This document shows, one piece after another, positions 37,869 through 47,028 of a stretch of 64,000 nt of DNA. The notes beneath the pieces were generated by a model. The model saw nothing but the letters and a program-made list of their open reading frames with translations, did no database searches and was not told the origin of the DNA. Each line of letters opens with the position of its first letter. Position 1 is the first letter of the stretch. The position numbers and the translations under genes were made by a program. This stretch comes from an uncultured Planctomycetota bacterium (lineage in GTDB: Bacteria; Planctomycetota; Phycisphaerae; Tepidisphaerales; Tepidisphaeraceae), in contig CAWJEN010000006.1 in the NCBI GenBank assembly GCA_963841915.1, positions 587,272 through 651,271 of the forward strand. The letters are read 5' to 3'.

Positions 37869-40800
37869 ATGTTTTCGAACCACCACCGCCCGCTGCTCGC
37901 CGTCGTTCTCGGCGCTGTCCTGCTTCTTGTCTTACCGGCGGCGGGGGCGCCATCCCGTGACTGGCGAGATACGCCGCTCGATGAGCTACGCGCGATTCCG
38001 GGCATCGATGTGGTGGAGGTGACCTTTGACGGTCGCGAGCCGCAGGAACATGGCTTGGCTGTTCACGGGTCGCTGCCCAAGCCGCTCAAAGTCAGCTTCC
38101 CAAAGTCCGGGACGGAGATTGCTTGGGGCACGCAGGCCAGTGCTGACGACCGGCCGTGGATGCGACACTTTCCGCTCGACATCACCGATGAAGCGTTTCG
38201 CGATGCCGATCACGCAGCCGTCGACATCTACGTGACTTACCACTTGGCCGCCTGGTCCGGACTGCAGGTCGAGGCATCAACGTCCGAGGGCTTGAAGGTG
38301 GTCGACAACGGGTGGGGCAACACGTCGAACTGGCGGACAGAATTCACTGCGGCGGACGATGTCGACTTCACCGCAGATGGGCCTCACCTGCGGGTCGCCG
38401 GGGCAAACGGAACCCTCTACATCAAACGTGTCCGACTCATCGGCTACAAGCGCAGCGGCCCGGACGTGCGTTGGGATCGCCTGTTGCGGCCACGGTCACT
38501 CGAGGCCGGTACGAGCGACGGCATTTTCGCTTTTGCGCCTGGTGAGGGACAAGCGCGTCTGGCTGTCGAGAATCTGGCGACGCAAGACAAGGACCTTGAC
38601 TACACCTTCAGCATTTCGACGCTCGGCGACGAATCGGTCGTGCACCAGTCGAGCGGGAAGGTGACGATCGGCGGGGCGTCGACGGAGTCGATCGACATGT
38701 CCTTCGACGCCTCGGACTGGAAGCTGGGCCCGTACGTCGGGTCGATCGTGGTCAATGACAGCGACGCAAGTGAGCCGATGCTTTCGCTGCCGTTGACGCT
38801 GGGCGTCATCGACGGCGAGACGCGACGTCTCGAACGCGCCCGCGGCAACGCGAGCTACTGGTTCGGCCTCGATGCGGCCAACAACGAAATATTCAAGACC
38901 GGCACCGACCAGTCGTTTGCCTACTACGACCTGCTGGGCGTCGACATTCTGCGAGGCGTCCCGCATGCCAGCAAGGGCAAGGTGTCATCGGTCAGTCACA
39001 TCTCGGACATGATGGGCAAGCTGGCCGACCACGACATGCGCAGCGCCTACATCGCTTGGCCCGACGCGTGGCAGAAGAATGGGTCGGAGTACGAGAAGGA
39101 TCGTGAGAAGCGGGTCGGAGCCCTCGCCGCCTTAGCCGCTGCCTACGGCGGCCGGGAACCCGGCAAGATTCCATACTTCGAGATCGGCAACGAGCCGGAC
39201 CTGACCTTCTTCTACGGCCGACCTGCAAAGGACTACGTCGAGAGCTACCACATGGCCTACGACGCGATCCGCGACGCGGACCCGGAGCACAAGGCAATGG
39301 TGATGCACGGCGGCCTGTGCTTCCACGGGAGTGACGGTGACCGCCGGGCGCGCGAGATTATCCGCCTGACGGATCCGGACAAGGTCGATGTCTGGGCGTT
39401 TCATGGCCACGGTCCGGGCCTCGAATCTGAAAGAGAGGCCTACGAGCGGCATGTCGAGGCGGTCCGAAGCGAGGCCCAAGGCGACACCAACACTAATTTG
39501 GCCAAGCCGTTCCTGGAGACCGAAAGCGGCGTCAATCAGACTAACGCGGCAGGTATGGCCGAGCAGGCGCGGACAGCGGTAGAGAAGCAGCTGTACGCCA
39601 TGAGCGTCGACATGCCGAGCTTGTACTACTTCCGCCTGTACATGGAAGGTGGTGGCGATGCGGGTTACGGCATGACCCGCCGCATTGGTAGAGGCGACTT
39701 CAATCAACCGCTGCCCAGCGTTTTGACCTACCGCCAACTCGTGCGGCGGCTTCGGCACACGCGATTCGTCAGCCAACTTCCGGTCGAGTCCGACGGCATC
39801 GTCGCATTTCTATTCGCACATGTCGACGAAGCCGGCCGCGACGACGGCACCAAGACGCTCGTCGCGTTCAACACCGATCCGCAGCAGACGACGCTGACGT
39901 TCCAGCTCCAGGAAGCGGGCGCGTCGATGAGGAACGAGCCCAATGCGTACGACATGTACGGCAACGGCTTCGAACTCAAGGCCGGTGTCGACAATGTCCG
40001 CGAACTGGATGTCGGGCCGGATCCGGTCTATTTGACTTGGGCCGGCGACGGCGCGGTCGATGAGGTGCAAGCCCTGTCGCCGCTGCTGACGCTGGCCGAT
40101 GCAAGCCAGCCACGCGTGCTGCTCGGCGAGGACAACGTGATCAAGCTACTCGTGGGCGGTAACGCCACGACAGTCGGTAAGGCGACCCTGTCCACGACGG
40201 CCACGGGCCGCATTGCCATGTCGGTCACGCCCGAGACGCAGCAGATTGATCTGGGCCAAGCTGGCGAGATCGAGCTGGTCGTGCGACCGGGCACGTCGGA
40301 GGCGCCGCTGAACGTGCCGACGTGGTGGAAGTCGTTCGTCGATGTCGACCTCGAACAACTCGAGGCCCAGCCGTCGTTGCTGGCCACCATCCCGAACACG
40401 CTGCCGAAGCTCGATGGCGGGCAGGTGAGCGGCTCACATATCAAGGGTGACGAGTCCAATCTCGTCGACTTCGATACCATCTCCACCGGTCGCAAGGAGA
40501 AGCGCCCGGCAGTGTCGTACGCAATTCTCGACTCGGCAGCAGACGCCACGGTGAAGGTCGGAGCACGGGCCGACTGGTGGATGAAGTGGTACCTCAACGG
40601 CGAAGTCGTCTACGACACGTTCGATCGAGGCAATCAGCACGGGACGGTGATCGACCACACCTTCGACCTGAAGCTGAAGGCCGGCCGCAACGTCATCGCC
40701 GTGATGGTCAAGAGCGGCATGAGCGGCTTCAACTTCACCCTTGCCGATGAAGGAGATCTCGCTTTGGCCCGGGGCGAGCTGGCGCCCGACACGGTGGCCG

Positions 40801-41366
40801 TGGACGTTCTTGACGAGTCGGGGTCGCTGCTGACCAAGGTGTACGTGCCGCTGGAGCTCGCAGCCGACGTGGCCGACCTGCAGGGCGTTCAGCCTCAAGA
40901 CGTCGAAGCCTGGCGCAACATGGAACCCGTCGCTGTTCTGACGGACGAGGCTGTGTCCAACCCGCACTTGAAGCACCCGGACGCCACCCGTTGGTACAGC
41001 GGCTCGGATGACTTGTCGGCCGACGTCTGGCTGCTCGATGATGAGGAAGCAGACGCGACCCATGTCTTCGTCGAAGTCCGCGATGACGTCGCAAGCGCGG
41101 GAGACGCGGTGCGTGTGGTCATCATCAGCGACGCAGGTGAGACGCTGGTCGACGAGGCCCTCGACGTGCTCCGCACCGAGAAGAACAGCCTGATCTACCA
41201 CCTGCCGATCTCGCGAAGCACGATGGCAGCGTCGCCGTTCCGGCTCAATCTAGAGGTGCAAGACCTCGACGACGGTGACGTAGGCGACGCCGCTTACAAG
41301 CAGATCGCAAGTTTCGGCTCGGTCAACAACCCGGCCTTGGGTGTCCGATTCACGCTGCGGAAGTAA
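37869..41366 (+). CDS. 1165-aa secreted glycosidase-like protein (clan GH-A-type barrel plus beta-sandwich modules)
   Basis: Trimmed to the ATG at 37869 (MFSNHHRPLLAVVLGAVLLLVLPAAGAPS). Contains IPYFEIGNEPDL and PFLETESGV (acid/base and nucleophile type). The galactose-binding-like block is WWMKWYLNGEVVYD...LKAGRNVIAVMV. Confidence 0.75.
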   Translation: MFSNHHRPLLAVVLGAVLLLVLPAAGAPSRDWRDTPLDELRAIPGIDVVEVTFDGREPQEHGLAVHGSLPKPLKVSFPKSGTEIAWGTQASADDRPWMRHFPLDITDEAFRDADHAAVDIYVTYHLAAWSGLQVEASTSEGLKVVDNGWGNTSNWRTEFTAADDVDFTADGPHLRVAGANGTLYIKRVRLIGYKRSGPDVRWDRLLRPRSLEAGTSDGIFAFAPGEGQARLAVENLATQDKDLDYTFSISTLGDESVVHQSSGKVTIGGASTESIDMSFDASDWKLGPYVGSIVVNDSDASEPMLSLPLTLGVIDGETRRLERARGNASYWFGLDAANNEIFKTGTDQSFAYYDLLGVDILRGVPHASKGKVSSVSHISDMMGKLADHDMRSAYIAWPDAWQKNGSEYEKDREKRVGALAALAAAYGGREPGKIPYFEIGNEPDLTFFYGRPAKDYVESYHMAYDAIRDADPEHKAMVMHGGLCFHGSDGDRRAREIIRLTDPDKVDVWAFHGHGPGLESEREAYERHVEAVRSEAQGDTNTNLAKPFLETESGVNQTNAAGMAEQARTAVEKQLYAMSVDMPSLYYFRLYMEGGGDAGYGMTRRIGRGDFNQPLPSVLTYRQLVRRLRHTRFVSQLPVESDGIVAFLFAHVDEAGRDDGTKTLVAFNTDPQQTTLTFQLQEAGASMRNEPNAYDMYGNGFELKAGVDNVRELDVGPDPVYLTWAGDGAVDEVQALSPLLTLADASQPRVLLGEDNVIKLLVGGNATTVGKATLSTTATGRIAMSVTPETQQIDLGQAGEIELVVRPGTSEAPLNVPTWWKSFVDVDLEQLEAQPSLLATIPNTLPKLDGGQVSGSHIKGDESNLVDFDTISTGRKEKRPAVSYAILDSAADATVKVGARADWWMKWYLNGEVVYDTFDRGNQHGTVIDHTFDLKLKAGRNVIAVMVKSGMSGFNFTLADEGDLALARGELAPDTVAVDVLDESGSLLTKVYVPLELAADVADLQGVQPQDVEAWRNMEPVAVLTDEAVSNPHLKHPDATRWYSGSDDLSADVWLLDDEEADATHVFVEVRDDVASAGDAVRVVIISDAGETLVDEALDVLRTEKNSLIYHLPISRSTMAASPFRLNLEVQDLDDGDVGDAAYKQIASFGSVNNPALGVRFTLRK

Positions 41367-41565
41367 GGCTGAAAAGAGCCGAAGCCACGAATGCCGTTGG
41401 AACCAAAGCGGGCACATAACGTGCAGCTGACATACATTGTGCCCAATGCTATTGCATGCTTGCTCGTTCTATGTTAGCTTTAACCGGTCCGACCACACGC
41501 AACGACCTGAACGCTCGGGTAGCTCGCTGCGGACGGCCTTTAAGAAGATCCTGAGGAGGAAGCTC

Positions 41566-42495
41566 ATGTCTCGACTGTCCTATCTAACCCGCGCTCGCGG
41601 ATTCACGCTGATCGAACTCCTCGTGGTCATCGGGATCATCGGGTTGCTCTTGTCCATCCTGATTCCGACGCTCACAAAGGCCAAAGAGTCGGCCGTCAAC
41701 GTCAAGTGCCTGTCAAACATGCGCCAGATGGGCATGGTGCTGCACCAGTACGCCAGCGAAGATTCGTCGAGGGACTTCCCGATGTATGAGGCGTTCGGCA
41801 TCGATCCTAAACTCTCGCTGGCGAAGCGGACGAAGATCGATCCGAACACGCTCGGCGGATGGTCAGGCAGAATGAAGTTCCTGCCCAAGCTTCGGGAGGA
41901 AGGGTTCCTCCTCGACTTCGAGGTCGCCTTCTGCCCCAACGCCTGGGAGCAGGAGTTCGAGTACGTCGAGATCGGCCCCGATCAGTTCGAATTCAAGCAC
42001 ACCGGCCCGACGCCTGTCGATAAGCCGTTGTTCCACTGGACGCCCGCCTTCGCCCAGGGCGGCCCGGGCGGCATCGCACACCGCAGCCGCGGCGAGTACA
42101 TGTACCTGGGCCCCGGCACGACCAACAGCGCCTGGGTCGAAAAGGTTGTCTCCAAGGAACTACTCGACCGCTTCCCGCACCAAGGGGTCAGGCAGCCGGG
42201 GCTCGATTCCTCGAATGCCAGCAACCGCTTGTGGTACGGCGTTCGATCCACCGGCCAACTCAATTCCATCGCGCTCTTCCCGTTCGCGGGCAGCGAAAAG
42301 AAGATCATCAATGCTGATTGGGGCAGCGAATTGCTGCCACTGATGGGCGAAGCCGCCGTCGGCAACTACACCTCGACCTTCTTCGCTGGTCGTGCTCCGC
42401 ATGGCGGTAACGAGGTCGGTACAACCAATCAGCAACGTGACGGCACGGGCAACTACCTCATGGTCGACGCCAGTGCCTCCACGCTTCCCTTCTGA
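41566..42495 (+). CDS. prepilin-type N-terminal cleavage/methylation domain protein (DUF1559-like pseudopilin)
   Basis: Trimmed to the ATG at 41566, with GAGGAGGA 6 nt upstream. ARGFTLIELLVVIGIIGLLLSILIP is the class III signal (G/FTLIE). The C-terminus HGGNEV...NYLMVDASAS resembles the H-x-DG tail of this family. Confidence 0.85.
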   Translation: MSRLSYLTRARGFTLIELLVVIGIIGLLLSILIPTLTKAKESAVNVKCLSNMRQMGMVLHQYASEDSSRDFPMYEAFGIDPKLSLAKRTKIDPNTLGGWSGRMKFLPKLREEGFLLDFEVAFCPNAWEQEFEYVEIGPDQFEFKHTGPTPVDKPLFHWTPAFAQGGPGGIAHRSRGEYMYLGPGTTNSAWVEKVVSKELLDRFPHQGVRQPGLDSSNASNRLWYGVRSTGQLNSIALFPFAGSEKKIINADWGSELLPLMGEAAVGNYTSTFFAGRAPHGGNEVGTTNQQRDGTGNYLMVDASASTLPF

Positions 42496-42527
42496 GCCTC
42501 AGGCGACACTCGAGACCCATTAATGAA

Positions 42528-42560
42528 ACGACTCCGCCCGACGGCGGAGTCGTTCCTTTT
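42528..42560 (+). terminator. rho-independent terminator
   Basis: 11-bp stem ACGACTCCGCC (42528-42538) / GGCGGAGTCGT (42543-42553) with loop CGAC, followed by TCCTTTT. It lies 33 nt after the stop at 42495. Confidence 0.8.
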
Positions 42561-42581
42561 GTAGAGACTTCGCCTGTAGCG

Positions 42582-43742
42582 CTAGTCAACCACGGTCACC
42601 GCTGCCGCCGGTTGACTCTTGCCGACCGGGTTGCCGTTTCCGCGGAGCTCCAGCATGCGATCAAGGGCCACCATCGACCACTTGCGTGTCGCCGTGTCGA
42701 CGCTGATCTGGTTCACCACATTTCCGGCTACCAGCTCTTCAAGCACGTAACACAGGTGCGGCAAGTCGATGCGCGTCATCGTCGTGCACAGACACTGGCA
42801 CTCGCTGAGGACAAAGATCGTCTGCTCCGGGTGCTGCTGCTTGAGCCGGTGGACGAGATGCACTTCGGTGCCGATCGCCCACACGGTTCCGGGCGGGGCG
42901 GCCCGTACCTGATCGACGATGTACGCCGTGCTGCCGGCCATGTCTGCCTTGTCGACGACCTCCTTCTTGCACTCCGGGTGAACAAGTACCTTCACCTCCG
43001 GATACTGCTCGCGAGCCTGATCGACGTGTTCCGGGCGAAACAGGGCGTGCACGCTGCAGTGGCCTTTCCAAAGCAGGAACGTCGCCCGCTTCAAATCTTC
43101 GGCCGTATTGCCGCCTAAATCTTTCCGCGGGTCCCACAGGACCATGTCGCGCTCCGGGTCGAACCCCATCGACGCGGCCGTATTGCGGCCGAGGTGCTGG
43201 TCGGGGAAGAACAGGACTTTCTGCCCCTTCGTCAGTGCCCAATCAAGCACGGTTCGCGCGTTCGAGCTCGTGCACACCGCGCCGCCGTGTTCGCCGACGA
43301 ACGCCTTGATGTCGGCCGACGAGTTCATGTACGTCACCGGAACGACGGGCGGCTCGCCGCCGAACACCTCCGTCAGTTGCTCCCAGCATTCCTCGGTCTG
43401 ATCCAGATCGGCCATGTCGGCCATCGAACACCCGGCCCCGAGGTCCGGCAGAAGCACCGCCACGTCCGGCCCGGTGAGAATGTCGGCCGTCTCGGCCATG
43501 AAGTGCACGCCGCAGAAGATGACGTACTTCGCCTCCTTCAGATCCGCCGCGAACCGCGACAGCTCGAACGAATCGCCTTGCTTGTCGGCAAATTCGATGA
43601 CGTCGTCATGCTGATAATGGTGCCCGAGAATGACCAGGTCATCGCCCAGCTGTTCCTTGGCTTCGGTGATGCGGAATCGCAGCTCCGGATCGGTAAGCTC
43701 GTTGTAAATCGACGGCAGCGGTCGTTGCCAGGTCATGGGCAT
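42582..43742 (-). CDS. nadA: quinolinate synthase NadA
   Basis: Contains ILGHHYQHDDVIEFAD, CGVHFMAETADIL and CSMADMA, with three Cys ligand regions. The start is set at ATG 43742 (or 43736); the upstream part of the track ORF is Arg-rich. Confidence 0.92.
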   Translation of the reverse strand: MPMTWQRPLPSIYNELTDPELRFRITEAKEQLGDDLVILGHHYQHDDVIEFADKQGDSFELSRFAADLKEAKYVIFCGVHFMAETADILTGPDVAVLLPDLGAGCSMADMADLDQTEECWEQLTEVFGGEPPVVPVTYMNSSADIKAFVGEHGGAVCTSSNARTVLDWALTKGQKVLFFPDQHLGRNTAASMGFDPERDMVLWDPRKDLGGNTAEDLKRATFLLWKGHCSVHALFRPEHVDQAREQYPEVKVLVHPECKKEVVDKADMAGSTAYIVDQVRAAPPGTVWAIGTEVHLVHRLKQQHPEQTIFVLSECQCLCTTMTRIDLPHLCYVLEELVAGNVVNQISVDTATRKWSMVALDRMLELRGNGNPVGKSQPAAAVTVVD

Positions 43743-43819
43743 GCCCTTTTGTACGTCACCGGCATTAAAATGTGCAGCCGACGTCCGCTCGACGGGCCGG
43801 GCGGACATGAACCCTGTAC

Positions 43820-45760
43820 GTGCGGAACCTTCCCGAACAGTCTGACGACGCGGACCTGTTAAGGCAGTACGCACGGGATCGTGACGACGTCGCGTTTGCC
43901 CGCGTCGTCGCTCGGCACACGCGGGCGGTGCGGCACATTGCCTACCGGCACACGCACGACAACCACGCCGCCGACGATGTCACGCAGGCGGCCTTCATCG
44001 TCCTGGCCCGTCGGCCCAGGGCAGCCATGCGGTCGGCCAGGCGTCGCCGGACGGCGTTGCCTTGGCTGGCCAAAGTCTGCCGATACGCCGCCGGGAACTG
44101 GCGGCGCAGCGAGCGTCGCCGAAGCCGCCGCGAACAGGTCGTCGCCCGTGCCGACGTCTACCCCGACCCGACGGCCGGGCACGATCTGGCCGACGCAATT
44201 CGGTCTGCCCTCGCCTGCCTGCCACGCCGGGACCGCAGACTCGTCGAGCTTCGGCACGTGTCGCAGATGAGCTGGGACCAGGTCGCCCGCGAGGCCGGCA
44301 CCTCACCCGACGCCGCCCGCAAGGCGACGTCGCGGGCGCTGGTTCGACTCCGTGAAGTGCTCGACCAACGCGGCGTGGTCACCGGAACGGCGGCCGTCGT
44401 TGCCGCACTCGCTCGATCCGCGGCGGCTTTACCCGTACCGCCTGCGACCGCCGCGTCGCTGGCCTCCTCCGTTTTACTCACCATGAAGATCAAGGCTCTT
44501 TCAACCGCCGCTCTCGCCACCGCAGCCACGCTCGGCCTTGCCGCCAGCGTCTACGCGCTAGCTCCGGACAGTCCGCCGCCCGCCGCGACGCAGCCAATCG
44601 CCTCGTCAAAGCCGTTCGTCGTCGACCTCGGCGGCGGCGGAAGGCTCGAGGTGCTCTACGTCGCCGAGCACAAACCCGGCGGCCGCGTCTGGAACCCGGA
44701 CGGCTCGCCGAGCGACCGCGAGCGGCTGTTCGCCGATGACGACGTGATCGAGAAAGGCGGCCTTTTAGAAGTCGCCGTTCGTGTCACAACGCCGGCGGGT
44801 CAGCCGTTCTTCACATACACGACGCAACCGACCGAAGCCGGCGTCGATGCCATCGAGAACTGGCGGTGGGGCGTCAACGAGGCAGTGCGTCAGCAACGCC
44901 AGCCGCTGCGCGATCGCGGCTTCGACCTCGTCGTTGTCGATCCCGCGGCAGACACTGAAACGGTCGCTATCAACACCACTGTGCCGCTGGGCGAATGGCA
45001 GGTGCTGCATCGATGGAACAACATCGGCATCAGCGGCAACATGGACGCCAGTGCACGCGAGGCCGGCGGCATTGCGACGCCCGCCGCCGTCGGCACCTTC
45101 GCGAGTGACATGGCAGATGACGATGGCTCGCCGATGTTACAGACGCGGTGGTTCCTCGCCGACGCAGAAGCCTGGCAGCTCGACACCCGCGCCCGCCTGA
45201 GTGACGGCACGATGGTCGACATGGGCGAAGTCAGCTACTCCGGCTCCGGCGGGCACATCGGCGTCTCGACGCTGAAGGGCCATCACCGGGCGGCGGTCGA
45301 GTTCTTCGAGCTGATGGGCCGACCCAAAGGCGGCGTGTCGCTGAGCGGGCTGGCGGCTCGGCCGGACGTGGAGAGCGAACCGCTGGCCGAAGTCGACGAA
45401 GCGGCGACGCGCCCTGAGTCAGCGTGGCCCGAAGGCGGTCGGCCCAAGTTCGAGCAGGCGGTCGAGGTCGACGTCGAATATTTTAGTTGGTCCTTCTTCG
45501 CACTGCGGACGCAAGAGGCGATCGGCCTGCCCGTCGGCATCGACACCTACCTGCTCCGCGGCGCGGGGATCCGCGATCACGGCTCGACCGATGCGAAGTT
45601 CACTGCCGCCGCCGGTGACGACGTGCTCGACACGCTCGATGCTGCCGTCAAACGGCACGACGAGCGCCTCGGCGTCATCTGGCAATCGGGCCGCTTCCTC
45701 ATCACGCTCGACCCTGACCTGACGCCACCGCCGGTGAAGCCGGGCGAGTCGTACGAGTGA
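43820..45760 (+). CDS. ECF-type sigma-70 family factor fused to a hydrophobic segment and a roughly 425-aa C-terminal domain of unknown function
   Basis: GTG start. Region 2 is DDVTQAAFIVLARRP. Region 4 is LPRRDRRLVELRHVSQMSWDQVAREAGTSPDAARKATSRALVRLREVL, ending near 44370. Then comes MKIKALSTAALATAATLGLAASVYALA (from ATG 44483), followed by a soluble domain to 45760. There is no stop codon in between. Confidence 0.8.
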   Translation: MRNLPEQSDDADLLRQYARDRDDVAFARVVARHTRAVRHIAYRHTHDNHAADDVTQAAFIVLARRPRAAMRSARRRRTALPWLAKVCRYAAGNWRRSERRRSRREQVVARADVYPDPTAGHDLADAIRSALACLPRRDRRLVELRHVSQMSWDQVAREAGTSPDAARKATSRALVRLREVLDQRGVVTGTAAVVAALARSAAALPVPPATAASLASSVLLTMKIKALSTAALATAATLGLAASVYALAPDSPPPAATQPIASSKPFVVDLGGGGRLEVLYVAEHKPGGRVWNPDGSPSDRERLFADDDVIEKGGLLEVAVRVTTPAGQPFFTYTTQPTEAGVDAIENWRWGVNEAVRQQRQPLRDRGFDLVVVDPAADTETVAINTTVPLGEWQVLHRWNNIGISGNMDASAREAGGIATPAAVGTFASDMADDDGSPMLQTRWFLADAEAWQLDTRARLSDGTMVDMGEVSYSGSGGHIGVSTLKGHHRAAVEFFELMGRPKGGVSLSGLAARPDVESEPLAEVDEAATRPESAWPEGGRPKFEQAVEVDVEYFSWSFFALRTQEAIGLPVGIDTYLLRGAGIRDHGSTDAKFTAAAGDDVLDTLDAAVKRHDERLGVIWQSGRFLITLDPDLTPPPVKPGESYE

Positions 45761-45829
45761 TGCCGAAGCCGACGAAGCGGCAGGCCGGTCATCGTGCTTC
45801 GTCGTGCTTGAACCGTTACGCTCTCTGGC

Positions 45830-46600
45830 GTGTCCCAGCCGCCGCCTGTTCCTGCACCTGCTGAGAATTGGTCCACCGGCATGCCGCAGCAGGTGGGGAC
45901 GCTGGGGTATGCAAATTTCGCCGCGAAGCCAGCCATCGTAACGACGTTGTCGGTGCTGAGCATCGTCATCGGGTCGCTCGGCCTGCTGGCCAACGCGTGT
46001 GGCGTCGTTAGAGCGGCAGTCCTCATGTTCTTCATCGCCGTTGCGCCTGCGCCTGGTGGGCGACAGGCCTTCGGGTCCGTGGTTTCGACCCCGGCCGGGT
46101 CCATCAACCCTGTTGACGCCGCCATCATTGCCGATGCGTTTGAGCAGCATTTGCCCCTGTCAGCTGCCGACCGTGCCCGGTTGATCACGGCATTGCCTAT
46201 GGCTGAAGTGCCACTGGCCCCGCCAGCGGGAAGCCAATGGTCGGTCGGCTGGGTTGAAACGCAGATTGAAGGCGGAAGCGCGCAGGCTCTATCCGGTGGC
46301 GCGGTGAGCACCTACACGATGAGCAACGGCGGAAGCGTGAGCATCGATCCCAATGTCATTAAGTTCATTGCCATCACGCCGAGAGGGCAGGTCAACATGA
46401 CGATGGTAAGCAACGACGGCACGGTGACAGTCGGCGGGATTACTCCGGCCGGAGCTCCCATGGTGGGGGCAGGTGGCCGCTTCAAGGTAATGGCAACGCT
46501 CGGCGTGGAGGTGCTGGAACTGCTCTTATCGGGCTGGCTGCTCATTGCAGGAATTCGCGGCGCGACGGGTCACCGCAGCTCGCTCACATGGCACCGTTAA
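45830..46600 (+). CDS. hypothetical membrane protein (possibly the 5' part of an interrupted gene)
   Basis: GTG start with a Pro-rich N-terminus. Hydrophobic helices are IVTTLSVLSIVIGSLGLLANACGVV, AAVLMFFIAV and LELLLSGWLLIAGI. It ends at TAA 46598-46600. Confidence 0.65.
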   Translation: MSQPPPVPAPAENWSTGMPQQVGTLGYANFAAKPAIVTTLSVLSIVIGSLGLLANACGVVRAAVLMFFIAVAPAPGGRQAFGSVVSTPAGSINPVDAAIIADAFEQHLPLSAADRARLITALPMAEVPLAPPAGSQWSVGWVETQIEGGSAQALSGGAVSTYTMSNGGSVSIDPNVIKFIAITPRGQVNMTMVSNDGTVTVGGITPAGAPMVGAGGRFKVMATLGVEVLELLLSGWLLIAGIRGATGHRSSLTWHR

Positions 46601-46645
46601 TGGGCCTGGTCTCGTCTGGCCGTCGGAGTCGTCGGTGCCGTCTTA

Positions 46646-46834
46646 ATGATGAAGATGACGTGGAACCCGTTCGCCGGCTTGGTCTTGGGTAGTGGCTTGC
46701 CGGCCAATACTGCCGAGGCGCTGAAGACAGTTTTTTCTGGCGTCCTCGCATTCGCCTGGGCGGCGGCGTATCCGGTCGCGGTGTTGATCATGCTGCGGTC
46801 GACGCGGCTGCAGGCGTGGTACGGGAGACCGTAA
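46646..46834 (+). CDS. 62-aa membrane ORF in the same frame as 45830..46600 (likely a continuation across an in-frame TAA)
   Basis: Both starts are congruent modulo 3. Codons 46601-46645 read WAWSRLAVGVVGAVL with no further stop, so hydrophobicity continues through the gap. Confidence 0.35.
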   Translation: MMKMTWNPFAGLVLGSGLPANTAEALKTVFSGVLAFAWAAAYPVAVLIMLRSTRLQAWYGRP

Positions 46835-46945
46835 TCTGACTCGGCGTGACGCACCCGCACGTCACCAGCCCCGCAAACGGTGTCGCAGCGGGACAGAAAC
46901 GCAAACGACGGCCGACGACCCGCCGACGCACTCGGCGGAGCAAAA

Positions 46946-46961
46946 TGTTCCACGTGGAACA
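46946..46961. other. parS-like ParB binding site TGTTCCACGTGGAACA
   Basis: Perfect 16-bp palindrome (20 bp with flanks, AATGTTCCACGTGGAACATT). It matches the canonical parS TGTTTCACGTGAAACA at 14 of 16 positions, with a symmetric substitution at positions 5 and 12. Coordinates were anchored on ORF 46880..47131. Confidence 0.75.
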
Positions 46962-47012
46962 TTCCGGCGGAGGTAAAAACCCCCGCCGCAGCACGCCAAC
47001 GGGGTCGGCCGA

Positions 47013-47028
47013 TGTTCCACGTGGAACA
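47013..47028. other. parS-like ParB binding site TGTTCCACGTGGAACA (second copy)
   Basis: Identical 18-bp palindrome ATGTTCCACGTGGAACAT at 47012-47029, 67 bp from the first copy. Confidence 0.75.
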
